Assembly (NCBI GenBank): GCA_045810105.1
Contig: JBJMWM010000026.1
Location: 27,808-91,807 of the forward strand
DNA from: Steroidobacteraceae bacterium
Lineage (GTDB): Bacteria; Pseudomonadota; Gammaproteobacteria; Steroidobacterales; Steroidobacteraceae
Direction: 5' to 3'
Length of the DNA stretch: 64,000 nucleotides
The notes beneath the pieces were generated by a model. The model ran no database searches. It was not told the DNA's origin and was given only the letters and a program-made list of their open reading frames with translations. Positions within the stretch are counted from its first letter, which is position 1, and each line of letters starts with the position of its first letter. Shown here one piece after another: positions 18,006 through 24,690 of the stretch. Both the position numbers and the translations under genes were made by a program.

Positions 18006-19174
18006 AGCGCGGATCTCCCTTCGGAGCGGCGTGCTCCCCGTTCGTGCGGTACCGACCGCACGGCATGGCTGTACTCAGGCGCGGGAGCGGCCGCGGTTAG
18101 TGCCGGCCTGGATGCGCGGCGCACGGTTCCGGCAGGCGCGAGCGGTACCCCGCGGGCGGCAATGTCGAACAGGCGCTTGAGCATCCAGTTGTTACGTACG
18201 GTCATGTTGGTTGAGATTCGGGTCATGGCCACGGCCGACCGCGGGATCTTCACCTGGCGGCCGCTGGTGAAGCCGGGCGTCGCGGCAATCTTGCGCAGGG
18301 TGAGGATTGCCATGCCGATGGCCCAGAGGCAGAAACGGCGGATGCCCGCTTCCGTACCCGGGATGAGCAATGTGAAGGACAGCGCATTGCGCAGGTGCGC
18401 GTGGGCCACCCCGACCAACTCGCGCATGGCCGCATCGAAGCGTCCATCGGCGCGTGCCGGCGTGAGCTGGCCCAGATCGATGCCATGGCGGGTGAAGACT
18501 TCCTGCGGCAGCCAGCAAGCTCCCCGGCCGCGGTCCTCCCACACATCCTTCAGGATGTTGGTCATCTGCAGCCCCTGGGCGAATGACACATCGAGCTCGT
18601 GCAGGCCGGCGCGTTGCTGGGCGATCTGCGGTGAGTATCCGCAGAACAGCTCCGTGAGCATCTGGCCCACGACCCCGGCGACGTAGTAACAGTAGTCGTC
18701 CATGTCCGTCTGGCGCGGCACTCCCCGCAGGCTGGCAGTCTGCTGGAACTGGTGCATGCCGCCGCACATCACCTCGACGCAGCGTTGAATCGCGAACTGT
18801 TGTTGTGCCTCCAGCCGGTTGGTCACGCGGACCACCCGCTCCATGTTGGCCACCAGGTCGGCTTCGGCCTTCAGAGTCTGATTGGAGAGCTGCGGACCTA
18901 AGTCCTGGGCCAGGGCAGCGGCCGGTTCTTTGCCATACAGCATTGCCACGAAGCGCTGCAGGAAATGCAGGCTGGCGGCCGGCGTCAGCGCGGGTTCGTC
19001 TTCGATGGTATCGGCAATCCGACACAGCAGGTAGGCGTTGGTGACGGAAGTGCGCAATGCCGGGGGCAGCTGCGGGATGGTCAACGCGAAGGTGCGCGAC
19101 ACGTCCGGCAGGATATGCTCCTGGTAAGCCTCATCCGACAGGCTGGAATCCGTCTGTACAGCGTCTGGCGACAT
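18002..19174 (-). CDS. sqs: squalene synthase (farnesyl-diphosphate farnesyltransferase, single-enzyme type)
   Basis: 390 aa. VSRTFALTIPQLPPALR...YLLCRIADTIEDE is the SQS_PSY family signature. Confidence 0.85.
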   Translation of the reverse strand: MSPDAVQTDSSLSDEAYQEHILPDVSRTFALTIPQLPPALRTSVTNAYLLCRIADTIEDEPALTPAASLHFLQRFVAMLYGKEPAAALAQDLGPQLSNQTLKAEADLVANMERVVRVTNRLEAQQQFAIQRCVEVMCGGMHQFQQTASLRGVPRQTDMDDYCYYVAGVVGQMLTELFCGYSPQIAQQRAGLHELDVSFAQGLQMTNILKDVWEDRGRGACWLPQEVFTRHGIDLGQLTPARADGRFDAAMRELVGVAHAHLRNALSFTLLIPGTEAGIRRFCLWAIGMAILTLRKIAATPGFTSGRQVKIPRSAVAMTRISTNMTVRNNWMLKRLFDIAARGVPLAPAGTVRRASRPALTAAAPAPEYSHAVRSVPHERGARRSEGRSAL

Positions 19175-19445
19175 CGCTCGAACAAAACCTCCGACTTCGA
19201 CTGACCCACGCGAGACGCGCGGATGCGGCTCGAAATGCCCCAGCGCATACGCACAGCGCGTATGCGCACCCTCAGGGGCGCGACTTTACCATGCAATCAA
19301 TCAGTTAAGGTCTAGCCACTTAGAGGCAAGGGGCGTACCAACGTTCGCGGCCGGGCCACCCTCTTCCGGCGCGAAGCGCCGCTACTCTTCGCGGGTCGCC
19401 CCTGGGCGATCCCGCCAAGGCGTGGGGCGCAGCCCCTGAAAAGGG

Positions 19446-20390
19446 TCAATAATGCCGCGAAAGCAGCCAGTCAGCCAAAGAGCGCAATAGGTCGGCACGT
19501 GAGCCCAGCGGGGCGAGCGCATCGATTGCCTGGGCATGCAGCAGCCGCACCCGCTCCTGGGATGCCTCGATGCCGATGACTGAAGGGTGGGTCGGCTTCG
19601 AGCGCTCGCTATCCGCGCCAGTCGCCTTACCCAAGGTGGACACGTCGCCGAGCACGTCCAACAAGTCATCCTGGATCTGAAACGCCAGCCCTATGGGACT
19701 CGCAAAACCGGCGAGCGCCTCCTGCAACCGAGAATCGAGGGACGGCGCACAGGCGGCGGCCATCATCAGGCTGACGCGGATGAGCGCGCCGGTCTTACGC
19801 GAATGCATCTCTTCCACTTGTGTCAGGTCCAGTTGCTTGCCCTGGACCGCCAGGTCTATGGCCTGACCACCCGCCATGCCGAACGAGCCGCTCGCTTCCG
19901 CCAGCAACTCCACGAGCCGCAGGCGAATGGCCGGCGATGCCGGCAGGGCCGGATCCCGTGTCAACACGTGGAACGCCAGCGTCTGCAGGGCATCGCCTAC
20001 CAGAACCGCCGTCGCCTCATCGAAAGCTTTGTGACAGGTTGGACGCCCGCGACGAAGGTCGTCATTGTCCATTGCCGGTAAGTCATCGTGCACGAGTGAG
20101 TAGACATGTATGAGTTCGATAGCGCAGGCGGCGCCTTCGACCTCCTCCTCGGAACGGCCTATCGCACGAGCTGCAGCGAACAGCAACGCCGGCCGGATAC
20201 GCTTGCCACCGCCAAGTACGGTGTAGCGCATCGCCTCATGTAGACGGGCCGGCACGACCTCCGGGCCCGGAAGCCGCGCGGCTAATGCCGACTCCATGCG
20301 CGCCTGCCACGATTCCAGCTGGGCGCGAAACGCTTCGCGCCCGGCCGAATCGCTCACAGGGGCCTGTCGAGCCCCGACAGCGGCGCTCAC
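19446..20390 (-). CDS. ispA: farnesyl-diphosphate synthase (polyprenyl synthetase)
   Basis: Both Asp-rich motifs are present (LVHDDLPAMDNDDLRRG and FQIQDDLLD). GTG 20390 has a GGAAGG Shine-Dalgarno 6 nt upstream. The longer ORF to 20471 would overlap hpnH. Confidence 0.85.
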   Translation of the reverse strand: MSAAVGARQAPVSDSAGREAFRAQLESWQARMESALAARLPGPEVVPARLHEAMRYTVLGGGKRIRPALLFAAARAIGRSEEEVEGAACAIELIHVYSLVHDDLPAMDNDDLRRGRPTCHKAFDEATAVLVGDALQTLAFHVLTRDPALPASPAIRLRLVELLAEASGSFGMAGGQAIDLAVQGKQLDLTQVEEMHSRKTGALIRVSLMMAAACAPSLDSRLQEALAGFASPIGLAFQIQDDLLDVLGDVSTLGKATGADSERSKPTHPSVIGIEASQERVRLLHAQAIDALAPLGSRADLLRSLADWLLSRHY

Positions 20391-20424
20391 GCCCACCCTT
20401 CCCGGAGGCCAGTATTTGCCAGGA

Positions 20425-21609
20425 TCATTGCTGTCTGGAGGGATGCCCGCCTTCGGGCTCACGGTTGGCACGCTTCACATCGGCAACGGCAACGGTGGCC
20501 ACCGTGCCACCGCGCGCAGGCCGGTCGCCATCGCTATAAAGAATGGGCAGATCGGCAGCCATCTGACCCGACACCCGGGCTCCCAGGACCGCCGTCTTGA
20601 GCAATTTCAGCGGATGACTGAATGCGTCATCCACGGCGGTACCCTCGAATCCACAGTGAGCCATGCAGTTGTCGCAGGCAGGGTTGCGGCCCACACCATA
20701 CTTCTCCCAATCGGTGTCTTCCATGAGGGACTTGAAAGTCGGGGCATAGCCTTCGTCGGTCAAGAGGTAACAGGGCCGCTGCCAACCGAACAAGTTGTAG
20801 GTAGGCGTGCTCCATGGGGTGCACTGGTAAGCCTGGTTGCCGGCCAAAAAGTCCAGAAACAGCGCCGAGTGGTTGAAGGACCAGCGGGTGCGCGCTCTAC
20901 CTTTCGGCGAGCTTGCACTGCGGCCGCGCTTGAAGATTTCCCTGAACAGCCGCTTGCTCGCGCTACGGCCGAGGAATACATCCTGGCGCGGCGCATGGTG
21001 ATAGCTGTAGCCGGGCGAGACCATGATTCCTTCAATGCCGAGCGCCATCGCTTCATCAAAGAAAGCGGCCACCTCGTCAGGGTTCTCACCGCTGAAGAGT
21101 GTGCAGTTGATGGTCACGCGGAAGCCCTTGCTGCGCGCCAGACGGATCGCAGCCACCGCCTTGTCGAACACGCCTTCCTGGCAGACGGACTCGTCGTGGC
21201 GCTCGCGGCTGCCATCGAGGTGAATCGAGAACGTGAGGTATGGCGAAGGGGTGTATTCGTCGATGTGCTTGGGCAACAGGATTGCGTTGGTGCACAGGTA
21301 GACGAATTTCTTGCGCGCGACGATGCCCGCGACGATCTGCGGCATCTCCTTGTGGATCAGCGGCTCGCCGCCTGGGATGGACACCATGGGCGTGTCACAT
21401 TCATCCACTGCACGCAGTGCGTCTTCGACGCTCACCCGCTTCTGCAGGGTTTCCTTGGGGTAGTCAATCTTGCCGCACCCGGCACAGGCGAGATTGCACT
21501 GAAATAACGGCTCGAGCATCAATACCAGCGGATAACGCTTGATGCCGCGCAGCTTCTTGCCGGCGATGTATCGACCGACCTTGTATGCCTGTAAAAGCGG
21601 AACGCCCAA
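20425..21609 (-). CDS. hpnH: adenosyl-hopene transferase, radical SAM
   Basis: [20 protein letters not shown] contains the CxxxCxxC cluster in the HpnH-typical N-terminal context. TTG start with a GGAGAG Shine-Dalgarno. Confidence 0.9.
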   Translation of the reverse strand: MGVPLLQAYKVGRYIAGKKLRGIKRYPLVLMLEPLFQCNLACAGCGKIDYPKETLQKRVSVEDALRAVDECDTPMVSIPGGEPLIHKEMPQIVAGIVARKKFVYLCTNAILLPKHIDEYTPSPYLTFSIHLDGSRERHDESVCQEGVFDKAVAAIRLARSKGFRVTINCTLFSGENPDEVAAFFDEAMALGIEGIMVSPGYSYHHAPRQDVFLGRSASKRLFREIFKRGRSASSPKGRARTRWSFNHSALFLDFLAGNQAYQCTPWSTPTYNLFGWQRPCYLLTDEGYAPTFKSLMEDTDWEKYGVGRNPACDNCMAHCGFEGTAVDDAFSHPLKLLKTAVLGARVSGQMAADLPILYSDGDRPARGGTVATVAVADVKRANREPEGGHPSRQQ

Positions 21610-21621
21610 CTTGTAACTCTC

Positions 21622-22188
21622 CTATTGCTGAGCAGAAAGCACGGCGCGGTGATCCCGCCAGATGCGCTCCCACTCCATCACAAACCACGGTGTGAACCGC
21701 CCTGCCTCGCTGCCGGCGAGCTGCGCCTGCAGGTCCTCGGGACTGATCCAACGCCACGCGAGAATCTCGCGTGGATCGATCCTGACAGGATCTGAGCAGC
21801 GGCCGACGAACACGGAGCACAGCTCCTGCTCGGCGCCCGCCGCATCGAACTGCGCCTGGTACTGAAACTTGAACAGGAAGTGCAGCGGACAGCGCAATCC
21901 CAGCTCTTCATACAGCCGCCGGTGGATCGCAGTCTCCATGCTCTCCGCGCGCCGCGGATGGCTGCAGCAGCTGTTGGACCAGTACAGCGGCCACAGCCGC
22001 TTTGCGGCTGCACGCTGTTGCAGCAGCAACTCGCCCGCAGCGTTGAAGATGAGCAACGAGAACGCGCGATGCAGAACGCCGCGGCCCTGATGACACTGCG
22101 CCTTGTCGAGGTGCCCGACTTCCCGGTCGGCTTCGTCCACCAGGATCAGCGACTCGGAATCGGCCGCGCTGCCCCGAACTTCATCCAT
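21622..22188 (-). CDS. idi: isopentenyl-diphosphate delta-isomerase, type 1 (Nudix)
   Basis: [11 protein letters not shown]...[25 protein letters not shown]...RRLYEELG matches type 1 IDI, including the catalytic Cys and Glu regions. Start is ATG 22188; TTG 22194 is an alternative. Confidence 0.9.
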   Translation of the reverse strand: MDEVRGSAADSESLILVDEADREVGHLDKAQCHQGRGVLHRAFSLLIFNAAGELLLQQRAAAKRLWPLYWSNSCCSHPRRAESMETAIHRRLYEELGLRCPLHFLFKFQYQAQFDAAGAEQELCSVFVGRCSDPVRIDPREILAWRWISPEDLQAQLAGSEAGRFTPWFVMEWERIWRDHRAVLSAQQ

Positions 22189-22202
22189 CGTCAAGACAAC
22201 TC

Positions 22203-22241
22203 CCAGGCAAAAACGCCTAGCCAGGCAAAGCGCCTAGTATA
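22203..22241 (-). promoter_or_regulatory. tandem operator-like repeats overlapping a -10-like TATACT upstream of idi
   Basis: The plus strand reads CCAGGCAAAAACGCCTAG then CCAGGCAAAGCGCCTAG back to back. Each unit is an imperfect inverted repeat (CCAGGC / GCCTAG). A TATACT lies on the minus strand at 22241..22236. No good -35 was seen. Confidence 0.3.
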
Positions 22242-22413
22242 CATCCGCACATCATAGCGGCCTGTCGGCCATTCGCCACAGCAATCTTCTGAGTGGGACG
22301 GCCTGTCCGCTGCGTACTGTCCAGGCCTGCCGCGCTGCTGGCAAGGGCCACCCGGGCATTGCCTGAGGAGCCAAAGGGATAGACCCGGCTCCCCTTTTGG
22401 CTGGGGATCACCC

Positions 22414-22755
22414 CTACGCCGGCACTTTGAACGCGAACGCGAACACGGCCGCCCCGATGAGCAGACAGAACGCAACAATGTAGTTCCAGGCGACTTTCTC
22501 CTGGAGGAAAAGCACCGCGAAGACCAGGAAGACGGCCAGTGTGATGACCTCCTGGATGATCTTCAGTTGAAAGCCCGTGAAGTGGCCGTAGCCCCAGCGG
22601 TTTGCCGGTACCGCCAGGCAGTACTCGATCAGGGCGATACCCCAGGACACCAGGACCGCCTTCCACAGCGGCCATGCGTGGCCATATTTCAGATGGCCAT
22701 ACCACGCGAAGGTCATGAAGACGTTCGAGAAGATCAACAGCACCGGGGTGCTCAC
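22414..22755 (-). CDS. DUF486 (DMT-superfamily-like) small membrane protein
   Basis: FMTFAWYGHLK...IQEVITL is conserved DUF486 sequence. GTG 22755 forms a GTGA overlap with the dmeF stop. The ORF-track extension to 22899 lies inside dmeF. Confidence 0.75.
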   Translation of the reverse strand: MSTPVLLIFSNVFMTFAWYGHLKYGHAWPLWKAVLVSWGIALIEYCLAVPANRWGYGHFTGFQLKIIQEVITLAVFLVFAVLFLQEKVAWNYIVAFCLLIGAAVFAFAFKVPA

Positions 22756-23804
22756 GAAGTGCCGCCCCTGTTCACCTCGACGGTAACGTGTGAGAGACAT
22801 TCGAATGAGCTGAGACGGCCCCGGTAGAACAGCGCATCGCGCTGCTGGCTCGTCGCAATCGCGAGCACGGCCGCCAGATGGCCCGGCCCCAGCCGCCACA
22901 GATGCAGATCGACAACACGGTCGCCATCGGCCTCGAGAGTTCGCCTGAGCTTCTCGCGCGTCAGCTCATCGGGACACACATCCAGAAGGATGCCGGCCGT
23001 GTCGCGAATCAAGGTGATGGACCAGTTGACGATTACCACGGCTCCGATGATGCCCGCGAGGGGGTCCATCCATAGCCAGCCATACAGCTTGGCCAGCAAC
23101 AGACCTGTGATCGCCAGAACCGATACGAAAGTATCGGCGAGCACGTGCACATAAGCCGATCGGATGCTGTTGTCGCGCGTGGTCGCATGGGCTGCGGGAT
23201 GGCCAGGACCCTGGCCGGAATCGTCACGGTCGGCCGGCTGCACGTGGTCGTGATCGTGCGCATGAGCTTGTGCATGAGCATGGGCGTGCGCGTGATCATG
23301 CCCACCGTGGCTGGGACCGTGGTGCTCGCCTCCACTGAGCAGCCACGCGCTCACGATATTCACCGCGAGGCCGGCGATGGCGATCGGAATGGCTTCGCGG
23401 AACTCGATACTCACAGGCGCGAAAAACCGCACCACTGCCTCATAGCCGATCAGGAGCGCAATCAGTGCCAGGACAATGGCACTGGTAAATCCCGCCAGAT
23501 CGCCCAACTTGCCGGTGCCGAACACGAAGCGGTTATCGGTGGCATGGCGGCGCGCGTAGGTATAGGCCAGAGCGGCGATCAACATTGCCCCCGCGTGAGT
23601 GGACATGTGCAAGCCATCTGCGACCAGGGCAAGCGAGCCAAACACGCTGCCGCCAACTATCTCCACGAGCATCATCAGGCCGCACAGGATGATGACGGCC
23701 CAGGTCTTGCGCTCGTTCTTCTCGTGCCCGGCTCCCAGGAACACATGGCTGTGCGGCAGCGCGATGGCTGAATCGTTGTGCCGTTCCATCCGCGAATGCC
23801 TCAT
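22752..23804 (-). CDS. dmeF: cation diffusion facilitator transporter with His-rich loop (DmeF-like Ni/Co efflux)
   Basis: Six-TM CDF architecture. His-rich loop GGEHHGPSHGGHDHAHAHAHAQAHAHDHDH. ATGA overlap with the dmeR stop. Confidence 0.85.
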   Translation of the reverse strand: MRHSRMERHNDSAIALPHSHVFLGAGHEKNERKTWAVIILCGLMMLVEIVGGSVFGSLALVADGLHMSTHAGAMLIAALAYTYARRHATDNRFVFGTGKLGDLAGFTSAIVLALIALLIGYEAVVRFFAPVSIEFREAIPIAIAGLAVNIVSAWLLSGGEHHGPSHGGHDHAHAHAHAQAHAHDHDHVQPADRDDSGQGPGHPAAHATTRDNSIRSAYVHVLADTFVSVLAITGLLLAKLYGWLWMDPLAGIIGAVVIVNWSITLIRDTAGILLDVCPDELTREKLRRTLEADGDRVVDLHLWRLGPGHLAAVLAIATSQQRDALFYRGRLSSFECLSHVTVEVNRGGTS

Positions 23805-24064
23805 TTGAAGTAGCTGTGGACCACGTCCAGGAGCTGTTCGCTCGCTTCCTTGTTGGCCGGCGTATTCGCGAAATGCGAGGTGATGTGTTCTTCGAGCAGT
23901 TCCGCGAGCAGCCCATTCACGGCGCCCCGGCAGCTGGTGATCTGCTGCATTACATCAGCGCAGTCCGCCTCGGCCTCCAACGCACGCTCAACAGCCTCGA
24001 GCTGCCCTTTGATGCGCCGGACCCGGTTCAAAAGCTTGGTTTTTCCTTTCAGGGTGTGGGTCAC
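23801..24064 (-). CDS. dmeR: RcnR/DmeR-type metal-sensing transcriptional repressor (CsoR/RcnR family)
   Basis: 87 aa with a GTG start. Counting residues gives His3, Cys35, His60 and His64, which is the RcnR Ni/Co fingerprint. Confidence 0.85.
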   Translation of the reverse strand: MTHTLKGKTKLLNRVRRIKGQLEAVERALEAEADCADVMQQITSCRGAVNGLLAELLEEHITSHFANTPANKEASEQLLDVVHSYFK

Positions 24065-24109
24065 AGGGATCTCTCGTGGTGCGGGACACGCATGGGTTGT
24101 AGCATGGGC

Positions 24110-24131
24110 ATACTATAGGGGGGTATAGTAT
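24110..24131. promoter_or_regulatory. type-1 CsoR/RcnR-family operator
   Basis: ATACTATA-GGGGGG-TATAGTAT is a perfect 8-bp inverted repeat flanking a G6 tract. It lies 46 bp upstream of the dmeR start codon, in the divergent region shared with the GFA gene. Confidence 0.75.
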
Positions 24132-24173
24132 CACACGGGCCAACTGGCGCGCCCAGCGCAGTCGGAGATGTTA

Positions 24174-24662
24174 ATGAGCAATGGCAGAAGCTTTCCGCTG
24201 GCGGGTGGCTGCACGTGCCGCGCAGTCCGCTACCTGATGACGAGTGCACCGCTGTTCGTGCATTGCTGCCATTGCAGGTGGTGTCAGCGCGAATCGGGGT
24301 CGGCATTCGCCCAGAATGCGATGATCGAGGCCGATCGGGTCGTGCTTCAAAGTGGCGCACCCGAGCTGGTGAACACGCCGTCCAACAGCGGCAAGGGGCA
24401 AAGAATTTTCAGATGTCCCGCCTGTCGTGTCGCCGTATGGAGTAACTATGCTGGGGCGGGCGATGCCATCCGGTTCGTTCGCGTTGGTACCCTTGATGAG
24501 CCGGACCTGCTTCCCCCGGACATACACATTTTTACCTCCAGCAAACAACCGTGGGTCATTCTGCCCGCCGACCGGCCCGCGGTTCCCGAATACTACGATC
24601 GGAGGAAATACTGGCCTGCGGACAGTCTTGCGCGCCGGCAGGCGCTCCTTGGTGGACATTGA
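24174..24662 (+). CDS. GFA (glutathione-dependent formaldehyde-activating / CENP-V) family zinc protein
   Basis: GGCTCRAVRY...HCCHCRWCQRESGSAF...FRCPACR is the Cys pattern of the GFA domain. ATG 24174 has a GGAG 6 nt upstream; ATG 24168 is an alternative. Confidence 0.8.
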   Translation: MSNGRSFPLAGGCTCRAVRYLMTSAPLFVHCCHCRWCQRESGSAFAQNAMIEADRVVLQSGAPELVNTPSNSGKGQRIFRCPACRVAVWSNYAGAGDAIRFVRVGTLDEPDLLPPDIHIFTSSKQPWVILPADRPAVPEYYDRRKYWPADSLARRQALLGGH

Positions 24663-24690
24663 GATGCCGTGGCCCGGCAATCTCCAGCAG

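Noticed and set aside
19175-19445. GC-rich hairpins in the ispA/sqs spacer (for example GCGCATACGC-acagc-GCGTATGCGC and GGGGCgcaGCCCC)
   Set aside because: None is followed by a T-run on the transcribed (minus) strand, so I cannot call a terminator. They may be REP-like or an mRNA-processing structure, but I have no further support from the sequence alone.
20296-21507. 403-aa plus-strand ORF
   Set aside because: It is antisense to the radical-SAM hpnH gene and shows no motifs. It is a high-GC artefact.
23220-23340. Repetitive GCATGAGC / GCGTGCGC-like DNA
   Set aside because: It simply encodes the His/Ala-rich cytoplasmic loop (HDHAHAHAHAQAHAHDHDH) of the CDF transporter. It is not an independent repeat element.
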